From an uncultured delta proteobacterium (GTDB lineage Bacteria; Myxococcota_A; Polyangia; Polyangiales; Polyangiaceae), in the NCBI GenBank assembly GCA_963782055.1, contig CAWAIF010000003.1:4704001-4768000 (forward strand): a stretch of DNA of 64,000 nucleotides, given 5' to 3'. The translations under genes and the position numbers were made by a program. Under the pieces are notes generated by a model that was given only the letters and a program-made list of their open reading frames with translations, searched no databases and was not told the origin of the DNA. Positions 29,035-37,548 of this stretch are shown here, piece by piece. How positions within the stretch are numbered: position 1 is the stretch's first letter; every line of letters starts with the position of its first letter.

Positions 29035-30093
29035 ATGAGCCCGCGGGCGCGCCGAAATCTCCTGCTCGTGACGGCCTTGCTGGCGGCGCCCACCGCCCGC
29101 GCGGACTCGCCGTCCCCTGCCGCCTCCTCGTCCACGGCCGCCCCGCGGCTCGTCACCGTCCGCGCGGATCCCGGCCTGTCACACGCGCTGGACGTCGCCC
29201 TGGCCTCCTGGCACGTCCGGCTGGTGCCGGTGGATGGCCCGGTGCCCGACGCCGACCTCGACGAGGCCATACGCACCGCCCACCGCCTCGCCCGCGAGTC
29301 CGGCGCGCAGGCGGTCCTCTGGCTGCGTCGCGGCCCGACCCACGGCGGGGAGTGGTCGCTCTGGATGTACGACGAGCGCGCCCACCAGGTCACCGTCCGT
29401 CCGCTGGATGGCGCCCCGCCCTTCGACGACGCGGCCGCGGCGTCGGTCGCGCTGACCGTCAAGACGCTGCTGCGCCCCGTGCTCGAGACGCGTGCGCCGC
29501 CGGAGCCGCCTGCGGGCAGCGACGAGACGGCGGCGCCCGCGACGCCCAGGACGCCCCCGCCGGGGCGGCACACCGCCCGCGTGGAGAGCTACGTGGCGGC
29601 GCGCGTGCCCACCGACGCGACCGACCCCGCCGCGGTCCGCTTCGGCGTGGAGGGGACATGGTTCCCCTCCTGGTTCCGGCAGTACCTCGGGCTGAGCCTC
29701 TCGGTCGACGGCGGGCCCTCGGTGCTCGTGGACAGGCCCGGCATCTTCTCCGGCACCTTCACCGACGTCACGCTCGGCCTCTCGGTGCGCGGCCGCCTGC
29801 ACCTGCGGCGGTGGATGTCCGTCGAGCTCGGCCTCGGGCCAGGCTTGCACGTCACCACCATCGAGGGCAGCTCACCCTCCGGCGATCTCTCCGGCCGCGT
29901 CTCGCGCGTCGACCCGTCCCTCGACGCCCTGCTGGGGGTGGAGTTCGGGTGGGGCCCCCTGCGCGTCGGACCGGTGGTGGGGCTCACCTTCCTGATGCGC
30001 TATCAGCACTACACCGTCGGTCCCCAGAGCGTGCTGGACGTGCCCCCGACGCAGGTTCAGGGCGGCCTCCGCCTCGGGGTGGAGCTGCCATGA
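29035..30093 (+). CDS. Secreted protein with N-terminal domain, Pro linker and probable C-terminal beta-barrel
   Basis: Signal peptide ending TARA; alternating Gly/hydrophobic strands ending GLRLGVELP. Confidence 0.65.
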   Translation: MSPRARRNLLLVTALLAAPTARADSPSPAASSSTAAPRLVTVRADPGLSHALDVALASWHVRLVPVDGPVPDADLDEAIRTAHRLARESGAQAVLWLRRGPTHGGEWSLWMYDERAHQVTVRPLDGAPPFDDAAAASVALTVKTLLRPVLETRAPPEPPAGSDETAAPATPRTPPPGRHTARVESYVAARVPTDATDPAAVRFGVEGTWFPSWFRQYLGLSLSVDGGPSVLVDRPGIFSGTFTDVTLGLSVRGRLHLRRWMSVELGLGPGLHVTTIEGSSPSGDLSGRVSRVDPSLDALLGVEFGWGPLRVGPVVGLTFLMRYQHYTVGPQSVLDVPPTQVQGGLRLGVELP

Positions 30094-30875
30094 CCCTGCG
30101 CGCCGTCCTCTTCGCGTCCTTCCCGCTCGCGCTCGCCGTCGCGGCGTGCGGCCCGGAGAACGTGGACATCCGCGCGGAGCTCGACGCCTCGGCCGACGGC
30201 GCAGCCTGCGCGGACGGAGGCTCGGCCTGCCTGGTGAACGGCGCGAGCTGCGAGGACGGCGAGGAGAGCTCCTGCTGCTCCGGCCGATGCAGCGGCGGCC
30301 AGTGCCTCCCCTCCGGGACGTGCGGTGCGCCCGACGAGAGCTGCACCTCGCGCAGCGCGTGCTGCAGCGGGCGATGCGAGCCCAGCGGCGCGGAGCGCAA
30401 GTGCCTCGGCTTCTGCCGGCCGCTCGGCGCGCGCTGCTCCGGCCCGGAAGACTGCTGCTCGCTCGGCTGCGTGAACGAGAAGTGTGCGGCCGCGGAGTGC
30501 GCGGTCGTGGGGGCCGGCTGCGCGGAGGACACCGACTGCTGCTCGGCCAAGTGCGACAACGCCGTGTGCACCAAGGACGACAGCACCTGCGGCCGCTCGG
30601 GCGAGGGCTGCGCCGCCGGCGCCGACTGCTGCTCCGGCGTGTGCAACCCCACCGCCCACCGGTGCGATCCGGGTCCGGGCCCGTGCCGCGAGCCGGACTC
30701 GCCCTGCGTGAGCGACGCCGACTGCTGCCGCGGGCAGTGCCTGCCGAACGGCCAGGGCATCCCGGTGTGCACCGCCACCTGCCTCCCCGACGGCGCCGAC
30801 TGCAACTCGGCGGGGGACTGCTGCACCGGGAGCTGCGGCGGGGTCCCCGCGCGATGCGGCGCGGCCTGCCGGTGA
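30090..30875 (+). CDS. Lipoprotein with seven tandem six-Cys (C-C-CC-C-C) repeats
   Basis: Lipobox VAAC; repeats such as CRPLGARCSGPEDCCSLGCVNEKC; ATGA overlap with the upstream gene. Confidence 0.85.
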   Translation: MTLRAVLFASFPLALAVAACGPENVDIRAELDASADGAACADGGSACLVNGASCEDGEESSCCSGRCSGGQCLPSGTCGAPDESCTSRSACCSGRCEPSGAERKCLGFCRPLGARCSGPEDCCSLGCVNEKCAAAECAVVGAGCAEDTDCCSAKCDNAVCTKDDSTCGRSGEGCAAGADCCSGVCNPTAHRCDPGPGPCREPDSPCVSDADCCRGQCLPNGQGIPVCTATCLPDGADCNSAGDCCTGSCGGVPARCGAACR

Positions 30876-30908
30876 CTTTTCGGTAACGGGGCGGGCGCGA
30901 CGCCCCAC
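30876..30908 (+). promoter_or_regulatory. Second copy of the module-1 ECF promoter
   Basis: CTTTTCGGTAAC-N16-CCCAC, followed by a GGAGG RBS and ATG 30933. Confidence 0.7.
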
Positions 30909-30932
30909 TGCCCTCCCACAACGGAGGTCTCC

Positions 30933-31454
30933 ATGGTCGGTCATTCGTGGTCGCGGCTCGTCCTCGGGGTGGCGCTGCTCACCGGGCTCGCGGGCTCGGT
31001 GGTGGTGGCGTGCAGCGGCAGCACGGGCACCATCCCCACGTGCACCGGCCAGAACTGCGGCTGCAGCGGCAGCACGTGCGGCTGCGACGGGGGCGCGAAC
31101 TGCAACGTGCAGTGCCAGGCCGGCTCGAGCGGCTGCAACGCGACGTGCAACGGCGTGGTGGACTGCAACGTGAGCTGCGCCGACAACTGCAACGTCAAGT
31201 GCGCCTCCGGCGACAGCTGCACGACGACGTGCGGCACCGGCTGCGTCTACGACTGCAACAGCTCCAAGGTGTGCAAGGTGACGGCGGGCGACGGCTCGTC
31301 GATCAACTGCACCAGCTCCGGGGAGTGCGACGTCACCTGCACGGGGACGTGCACCGTCGACTGCACGAGCGTCGACAAGTGCAACGTCAAGTGCGAGGGC
31401 GGCGCCTCCCCGATCACCTGCGGAGGCAAGAAGGTGTGCGGCGCGAGCTGCTGA
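30933..31454 (+). CDS. Cys-rich lipoprotein with CxxxC ladder repeats
   Basis: Lipobox VVAC; CNVQC, CNATC, CNVSC, CNVKC, CTTTC, CVYDC, CDVTC, CTVDC. Confidence 0.85.
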   Translation: MVGHSWSRLVLGVALLTGLAGSVVVACSGSTGTIPTCTGQNCGCSGSTCGCDGGANCNVQCQAGSSGCNATCNGVVDCNVSCADNCNVKCASGDSCTTTCGTGCVYDCNSSKVCKVTAGDGSSINCTSSGECDVTCTGTCTVDCTSVDKCNVKCEGGASPITCGGKKVCGASC

Positions 31455-31461
31455 GCGGCGA

Positions 31462-32211
31462 TCAGCCGCCGCTGGAGCAGAAGAGCGGGGCGACCGACTT
31501 GAAGAGGCCCTCGAAGCCGAGGCCCTGGTCGTCCAGGCAGTTCGCCCAGGTCTGACCCTCGGGGTCGCACACGGCGTCCTCGTAGGTCTTGCAGCCGCCG
31601 GCGGCCGCCGCCTGCGCGCACTGCTCGTAGAGCTGGAAGGACGGCTGGTCGGTGACCGGGCAGACCGCGTCACAGGCCGCGCCCTCGCAGTCGGAGGCTG
31701 CCTGGTACTTGTACGCGCAGTCACCCGTCGTCGGAGGGTTGCCACCCGTCACCAGGGCGATGCAGCCCTCGATGTTCACGCTGACGAGGCCCGTCTTGGA
31801 CACCAGGGCGCTCCAGGTCGCGTCCGTCTGCTTGCTGTTCAGACAGTTGCTGCAGGTCTGGTTGGCCGCGGTCTTGAGCCAGTTGTTGCAGGTCGTCGTC
31901 GTCGCGGCCGTGTCGAGGCAGTTGGTGTAGAAGTCGTCGATCTGCGTCGACGAGCACACGTCCTGCGGAGCCTTCGCGCCCTTGGCGTCGCTCGGGGCGA
32001 AGCCGGACACGTCCTGGGGCGTCGGGCAGGTGTCGTTGCTGGTGTCGGTGCCGCTGTCCGGCACCTTGACGACGTCCGGCTTGCTGTCCTTGCCGGCATC
32101 ACTGCCCCCGCCGCCGTCGGGGTTGTCGTTGCCGCCCCCGCTACAGCCGTACGAGGCGAGCGCCACGCCGAAAGCGGCGGTACCCACGACCAGGATCTTC
32201 AGTGCTCGCAT
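31462..32211 (-). CDS. Cys-rich lipoprotein
   Basis: GGAGGAG RBS; lipobox SYGC; Gly/Asp linker followed by a Cys-rich domain. Confidence 0.85.
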   Translation of the reverse strand: MRALKILVVGTAAFGVALASYGCSGGGNDNPDGGGGSDAGKDSKPDVVKVPDSGTDTSNDTCPTPQDVSGFAPSDAKGAKAPQDVCSSTQIDDFYTNCLDTAATTTTCNNWLKTAANQTCSNCLNSKQTDATWSALVSKTGLVSVNIEGCIALVTGGNPPTTGDCAYKYQAASDCEGAACDAVCPVTDQPSFQLYEQCAQAAAAGGCKTYEDAVCDPEGQTWANCLDDQGLGFEGLFKSVAPLFCSSGG

Positions 32212-32299
32212 GGACGACTCCTCCGCGGCTCAGCCGCAAGCAAGGTCACCGGCTCCGGGCCGGTCCCGAATCGAGGGCGCAGCGCGCCCCCTCTCTTTC

Positions 32300-32333
32300 A
32301 TTCCCGCCGCGACGCCCGACGATCACACAATCG
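32300..32333 (-). promoter_or_regulatory. Second copy of the module-2 ECF promoter
   Basis: CGATTGT-GTGATC-N15-GGGAAT on the minus strand; matches 34439-34472. Confidence 0.7.
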
Positions 32334-32359
32334 TCACCGGCGTCGGATCGCGGCCCGGC

Positions 32360-33274
32360 TCACCGGGGAACGTCGCCCGCCCGGACCACCGACGCCGCCC
32401 CGGTGAAGTGCGCCGGCCCGCCCTGCACCGCCAGGCGGGAGGACGTCACCGTCCCGTCCCCCACGCTCATGGCGAAGACCCCGCCGCCCGCGCCAAAGCC
32501 GTACAGGGTGTCCCCCGCGTAGGCGAGGCCCTCCAGCACCTCGCCCGCCGCCAGCGGGTAGTCGCGGATCACTTGACCCGTCAACGGATCCACCTGCTGC
32601 AGCACGTTCTGCGCGTCGGGGTTGGTCCAGTCCGCCAGCACCGAGACGTACGTCGCGCCGTCGGGCGCCACCACGATGTCGCAGCCCTCCTGGTCGGAGG
32701 ACTGCAGCGGCGCGAAGGTGATGCGCGTGCCCTTCGTCGGGTTGAGCAGCATCAGCGATCCCGACTCGTCACCCATCAGCCGGCCCGGCTGGCTCGGCGA
32801 CGACGACGGCACGAACCCGAGCGCCCACGGCGCCCGGGTGGAGAAGCGCGACACCGCGTGGCAGACCCCGGAGGACGGGTCCACCTCGTAGAGCGCCGCG
32901 CGCCCCTCGTAGAAGCCGGCCGCGTACATCCGCGCCTGGGCGTTCTCGGTGATCTCGACCACCTGCAGATCGCAGCCCTGGAAGAAGACAGGCGCGGAGA
33001 AGGTGCCGCTCCCCGGCGAGAAGCGGTAGAGGGCGCGACCATCGGTGACATCGATGGCGTCCAGACCCGATGGCAGATCGCCCGCGCGCAGGGCGGGATC
33101 GCCCGACTGCGGGACCTTGCCCAGCGAGTAGTCACCGCTGCTGCATGCGGTCGCGAGCGCGGCGGCCGCGATCGCCAGCGCGCTAGCGAAGGGCGTCCGC
33201 CCGCGCGCGGAGCTTCCTCGACTCGGGAGCGAGCGTCCCCGCCGGGAACCGGCGGTCGTAGTCGTCGAGCGCAC
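32360..33274 (-). CDS. Lipoprotein, probable beta-propeller
   Basis: Lipobox LATAC; repeated LY.VDP..G blades, EGLAY...LYGF; start uncertain. Confidence 0.7.
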   Translation of the reverse strand: MRSTTTTAGSRRGRSLPSRGSSARGRTPFASALAIAAAALATACSSGDYSLGKVPQSGDPALRAGDLPSGLDAIDVTDGRALYRFSPGSGTFSAPVFFQGCDLQVVEITENAQARMYAAGFYEGRAALYEVDPSSGVCHAVSRFSTRAPWALGFVPSSSPSQPGRLMGDESGSLMLLNPTKGTRITFAPLQSSDQEGCDIVVAPDGATYVSVLADWTNPDAQNVLQQVDPLTGQVIRDYPLAAGEVLEGLAYAGDTLYGFGAGGGVFAMSVGDGTVTSSRLAVQGGPAHFTGAASVVRAGDVPR

Positions 33275-33812
33275 GGAGCGTGGCCTCCTTGTCGTTAGCG
33301 TACAACGCCTGACGCGCCTGGTCGATCGCCGCGATCTCCTCGGCGAGGGTGGAGCTGCTGGCGGAGGGCCGGGGCGACGCGGCGTGCGTCGACGCAGCGC
33401 GGCGCGGCGACGGCGCGACCGCGGCCGGCCCGGCGGGATCCTGCGGGCGCGTCGTCGTGGCGGCGGGCGGCGGGGCGGCCGGCGTCCGCGCGGTCGGCGC
33501 GGTCGGCGCGGTGGTGGTGATGGCCGGCGGCAGCGCGGGGGCGGCGGCGGTGGGCGACGGCGACGCGGGCGCGGGCGCGGGCGTCCGCTTCAGCAGATAA
33601 AGCCCCCCCGCCCCGCCGAGCGCGACGACGCCGAGCATCAGCTTCCACCCGAAGCGGTGGAGCCACGGCACCGGGCTCGGCCCGCTCACGCCGAGCGCCT
33701 CCAGCGTACGGCGTCGCGTCTCCGGCCCCGCGGCGTAGTCGCGCGCCTCGCGCAGCAGCGCGCGCTCGGTCGCGTCCTTCGTCTCCTCCAGCATCGGCTT
33801 CAGCTCACTCAC
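33183..33812 (-). CDS. Putative anti-sigma factor (TM, Pro/Thr linker, TPR-like tail)
   Basis: Overlaps the sigma stop; TM segment MLGVVALGGAGGLYLL; LAEEIAAIDQAR.AL...ALRALDDY.RRFP.G.L..E. Confidence 0.75.
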   Translation of the reverse strand: MSELKPMLEETKDATERALLREARDYAAGPETRRRTLEALGVSGPSPVPWLHRFGWKLMLGVVALGGAGGLYLLKRTPAPAPASPSPTAAAPALPPAITTTAPTAPTARTPAAPPPAATTTRPQDPAGPAAVAPSPRRAASTHAASPRPSASSSTLAEEIAAIDQARQALYANDKEATLRALDDYDRRFPAGTLAPESRKLRARADALR

Positions 33813-34422
33813 GAGACCCTCCTCCACCGGCCCGGGACGAGCCCGGCACCGTGGCAGCATGCGCCTGCCGCGCCCGCAGCCGGGCGACACGCTCCCGAAA
33901 ATCCTCCCGCGCCCGGCGCAGCCGTGACGCGGCCGTGCCCACCGGCACGTCGATCAGCGCGGCGATCTCCGGGACCGAGAGCTGCTCGACCTCGAAGAGC
34001 ACGAACACCGCGCGCAGGTCCTCGGCCATGCCGCCGAGCACCTCCTCCAGCATCCGCGCGGCTCGCCGCCTGTCGATGAGCTCCTCCGCGCTCGGCCCGG
34101 AGTCCACCAGGGCGTCGGCGCCGTCCTCGTCGGCCGTCTCCCGGCGACGCGCCACGCTGCGGCGCGCGTGCGCGGCGACGTGCAGCGCGGTCTTGTAGAG
34201 GAAAGCGCGCTCGGCGCGCTCGGCGATCTCATCCATGCGGCGCGAGGCGGTCAGAAAGACCTGCTGGACGGCGTCGTCCACGTCGCCGTCCGGGACGCCC
34301 AGCCGCCGGAGCACGCGGGCGATCGCGTCGATATGCTCATCCACCATCGCTCGAAGCCTGTCCGCCTCGCGACGTCGCACCATTTGGGCCGGGCCCTCCG
34401 CCACCATGACCGCAGGGCACAT
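33805..34422 (-). CDS. ECF RNA polymerase sigma factor (module 2)
   Basis: LRRLGV..GDVDDAVQQVFL; LRAVFVLFEVEQLSVPEIA..IDVPVGTAASRLRRAR. Confidence 0.92.
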   Translation of the reverse strand: MCPAVMVAEGPAQMVRRREADRLRAMVDEHIDAIARVLRRLGVPDGDVDDAVQQVFLTASRRMDEIAERAERAFLYKTALHVAAHARRSVARRRETADEDGADALVDSGPSAEELIDRRRAARMLEEVLGGMAEDLRAVFVLFEVEQLSVPEIAALIDVPVGTAASRLRRAREDFRERVARLRARQAHAATVPGSSRAGGGGSRE

Positions 34423-34438
34423 GTCTACGATTTGAAGG

Positions 34439-34472
34439 ATTCCCGCAAGCGGCGCCAGCGATCACCAAATCG
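34439..34472 (-). promoter_or_regulatory. Candidate autoregulatory ECF promoter, module 2
   Basis: CGATTTG-GTGATC-N15-GGGAAT, 16 nt before the sigma start. Confidence 0.7.
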
Positions 34473-34483
34473 CCGCACCCCTC

Positions 34484-35428
34484 TCAAAACCGCACCCCCA
34501 GGCCCAGCTCGCCCAGCGCGCCCACCGGCGACGCCTCGAAGAGCACCACGTCGGGGTCGAAGACGAACCGCGGCGTCAGCACCGGCACGAAGGCCCCGAG
34601 GGCCGCCTCGATGAACACCAGCGAGGGCTCCCACACCAGCCGGGCCATCATGCCCAGGTCCAGCCAGGGCGCAGCGTGCGTCTCCGGGCTGGTCGCGCTC
34701 TGCCCCTCTCCCACCATCGCGCCCGCCTCCACGACCGCGAGCAGGTGGAAGGCGAAGGCCCGGGCGAACCGGGCCTGCACGCCGCCCACCTCCAGCCTGC
34801 CGAGGTAGCTGGTCAGGATCGCCGAAACCGGCCCGGCGCCCACCGTGCCGCTGGTCGCGTAGTGAAAGACAGCGCGCACGCGGAAGCCGAGCGGCCCCTC
34901 GCTCTCCCGCGCGAGCTCCACGAACGCCTCGCCATCGAGGGAGAGCGACGGTGCCAGGTACGTCGTCGAGGCGGCGTCCAGACCCGCGCGCCACCGCCAT
35001 CGCGCGCCCGGCGGCGGGCGCGGCGGTGGTGGTGGCGGCGGTGGTGGTGGCGGCGGTGGTGGTGGCGGCGGATGCGGACTGGCCGGCTCCACCGTGATGG
35101 CGGCGATCACCGCCAGGGCGGTGGCGACGTTCGCGCACGACGGATCGCTCACCGCGCGCGTCGTGGTGTCCGCGCCGTGCGTCACGGTGACGGTGCCGTC
35201 GTAGTCCGACCCCGCACGCACGACCGAGACGTCCAGCCGCCACGCGCCGTCGACGGCGCGCGTCGTGTGCTGCGCCCGCTCCGCGAACGCCTCCCAGAAG
35301 GCGTCCCTGGTCGGGCACCCCTCCGCGGCGCGGTAATCCAGCCGCGCCGTCGGGCCGGCCGCCCGCGCGACCGGGCCCCACGCGATCGCGGCCAGGACGA
35401 AGACGCAGCGGCACGCCCAGGCCCTCAC
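34484..35428 (-). CDS. Secreted protein with N-terminal domain, poly-Pro linker and probable beta-barrel
   Basis: Signal peptide; CP...C pair; poly-Pro; C-terminus GELGLGVRF with the terminal Phe typical of outer-membrane barrels. Confidence 0.7.
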   Translation of the reverse strand: MRAWACRCVFVLAAIAWGPVARAAGPTARLDYRAAEGCPTRDAFWEAFAERAQHTTRAVDGAWRLDVSVVRAGSDYDGTVTVTHGADTTTRAVSDPSCANVATALAVIAAITVEPASPHPPPPPPPPPPPPPPPPPRPPPGARWRWRAGLDAASTTYLAPSLSLDGEAFVELARESEGPLGFRVRAVFHYATSGTVGAGPVSAILTSYLGRLEVGGVQARFARAFAFHLLAVVEAGAMVGEGQSATSPETHAAPWLDLGMMARLVWEPSLVFIEAALGAFVPVLTPRFVFDPDVVLFEASPVGALGELGLGVRF

Positions 35429-35483
35429 CGCGCGGTCGGCTCCTCGGCCCTCGGCATACGCCGAGCATACGCCGCCAGAGGCG

Positions 35484-37109
35484 CTACGCGACCTTCGCCG
35501 TCGCCGCGGCGCTCTCGGCGATGCGCGTCGCCGCGAGGCGCGCCACCGCCATGATGGTGTGCTGCGGGTTTACCCCCAGGTTGGTCGGGAAGACGCTGGA
35601 GTCCACCACGTAGAGGCCGGCGGCCTCGTGCGTGGAGAAGTCCAGGCCCACCGCGCTCGTCCTGGGGTCCGGCCCCATGCGCGCCGCGCCGAACAGGTGC
35701 GTCGCCACGAAGCCGTAGCGCCGCGCGTCGAGCGGGCCCTCGTCGATGGCCTTCGCCTCGTCGATGGACCGCATCACGCTCGGCAGGCCGAACACTCCCG
35801 GCCAGATCTCCTTCGCGCCCTGCTCGAACATGAGACGCGCCAGGACCCCGAGCGCCTTGCGCGCGTGCATCAGGTCGCTCTGCGTCAGGGAGAGCTTCAC
35901 CTTGTCGCGCCCGCCCCACCCGCTGCCGACCGTGCCCTCCGCCTCCGTGCGCACCTGCACGCCCCACACGCCGATGTTGGGGTACTCCGCGAGCCGGCGC
36001 ATCAGCTCGGTGCCCGCGCCGGGCATGCGCGCGGCCAGCAGCTCCGGCTGCATGGCGATGGTCTCGATCTTGAAGCGGTCGCTCTTGCGAAAGTGCGCGC
36101 TCTCCGCGCCCTGCGTGGTGCCGAACTCCATGTGCACCGGCTTGTCGAACACGCCGGCGAGCCCGACGCCCGGGTGCGCCTGGAAGTGCTTCCCGATGAT
36201 CTTCGAGCGCAGCCCGGAGCGGCGCAGGACGTTGGGTGTCTGGATGGTGCTGGCGGCGAGCACGACGCCGCGCCGCGCGCGGAGGGCGACGGTGCGCGGC
36301 CGGCGCCCGTCCGCCGTCACCGTGCGCGCGACGACGCCGGTGGCGCGGCCGCCGTCCACCACGATCCGCTCGACGCGGCACGAAGCGAAGAGCCGCGCGC
36401 CCAGCGCGAGCGTCCACGGCACGTACGACACGTTCATCCCCTGCTTGGCGGCGGTGCGGCAGCCCGTCAGGCACCCGCTGGAGCCGCGGCAACCGCGCGC
36501 GTAGCGGCGGATCGGGTGCGCGTCCATCCCACGCTCCCGGAAGCCGTCCAGGAGCATGCCGTTGTTGCGGCCCATGACGTCCGCCTCCGTCGGGTGGACG
36601 TTGAGGTCGTGCTCCAGCGCGTCGTAGTGCGCGTCGAGCGCCTTCATGGTGACGGTGTCGCCCAGGCCGAAGCGCGCCGCCCAGTCGTCGGTGACATCCT
36701 CCGGAACGCGCCAGGCGATGGCGGAGTTGACGACCGTCGAGCCGCCGACGCACCGCGCCTGCAGCAGCGGCATGAAGGCCCGCCCCTCGATCGCCTGCGA
36801 GCCGCCGTCGCGCATGAGCGTCCGGAAGGCCCCGAAGACGTCCTTGCCGAACTGGCGCGTCTTCACCCAGGGCCCCTCCTCCACCATCGCGACGGAGAAG
36901 CCGGCCTTCGCCAGGGTGTGCGCGGCGACCGCGCCGGCCGCGCCCGTGCCGATGACGACGTAGTCGAACGCCTCGTCCACGTCGCGCTCCAGGGCGTTGC
37001 CCTCGACGACGGACCCCTCCGGAAGTCCCTCGTCCGGGTACTGCGCGCGCGAGCGCTCGCCGCTCTCCATGTCCACACCCTCGACCTCGGTTTCAAGCGA
37101 CTCGTTCAT
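35484..37109 (-). CDS. GMC family FAD oxidoreductase
   Basis: VVIGTGAAG, CVGGSTVVN, THLFGAARMG, GLYVVDSSVFPTNLGVNPQ. Confidence 0.92.
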   Translation of the reverse strand: MNESLETEVEGVDMESGERSRAQYPDEGLPEGSVVEGNALERDVDEAFDYVVIGTGAAGAVAAHTLAKAGFSVAMVEEGPWVKTRQFGKDVFGAFRTLMRDGGSQAIEGRAFMPLLQARCVGGSTVVNSAIAWRVPEDVTDDWAARFGLGDTVTMKALDAHYDALEHDLNVHPTEADVMGRNNGMLLDGFRERGMDAHPIRRYARGCRGSSGCLTGCRTAAKQGMNVSYVPWTLALGARLFASCRVERIVVDGGRATGVVARTVTADGRRPRTVALRARRGVVLAASTIQTPNVLRRSGLRSKIIGKHFQAHPGVGLAGVFDKPVHMEFGTTQGAESAHFRKSDRFKIETIAMQPELLAARMPGAGTELMRRLAEYPNIGVWGVQVRTEAEGTVGSGWGGRDKVKLSLTQSDLMHARKALGVLARLMFEQGAKEIWPGVFGLPSVMRSIDEAKAIDEGPLDARRYGFVATHLFGAARMGPDPRTSAVGLDFSTHEAAGLYVVDSSVFPTNLGVNPQHTIMAVARLAATRIAESAAATAKVA

Positions 37110-37548
37110 GACCGTCTCCTTGGTGCAAGCGAAGCTGGGTGAGGCCCGCGCGCTCGGCGGGGCGAACGACCTTCTCGCGCACGCCCGGCGCGGTGAAGAG
37201 GAACAGCGCGCCGAACGCCTTGAGCAGGAGCACGAGCTGCCGCACCACGTAGACCGGGCTGGAGAGCAGGCGCACCACGACGCGCTCGCGGTCGGCCGGC
37301 TGCAGCCCGCCGATGGTGCGGAGCTTCCCGAGCACGAAGAGCGGCGCGAAGGCGAGCAGCCACACCGCGGCGCGCAGGCCGAGCGCGACGCGCCCGGGGA
37401 CCTGCCGGCACGTCTCGTCCAGGCAGCCGTCGATGTCGACGATCTCGGCGCCATCGGGCACGCGCGGGTCGGCGTTGGAGGGGAACATGGCGGTGATCGC
37501 GGCGCGCGCCCAGCGGCGCTCGACGCGCGTGAGTTGGTGGATGCTCAT
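37093..37548 (-). CDS. Small partner protein of the GMC oxidoreductase (hypothetical)
   Basis: ATGA overlap with the GntR gene and overlap with the GMC start; helical, Leu-rich. Confidence 0.6.
   Translation of the reverse strand: MSIHQLTRVERRWARAAITAMFPSNADPRVPDGAEIVDIDGCLDETCRQVPGRVALGLRAAVWLLAFAPLFVLGKLRTIGGLQPADRERVVVRLLSSPVYVVRQLVLLLKAFGALFLFTAPGVREKVVRPAERAGLTQLRLHQGDGHERVA

Noticed and set aside
24413..31454. P450 plus Cys-rich peptides as a RiPP cluster
   Set aside because: The Cys-rich genes are lipoproteins tied to the ECF module and separated from the P450 by an opposite-strand gene; no leader peptide, RRE or maturation enzymes were seen
35020..35072. (GGTGGTGGTGGCGGC)n tandem repeat
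   Set aside because: Encodes a poly-Pro linker within a CDS; not CRISPR and no evidence of phase variation
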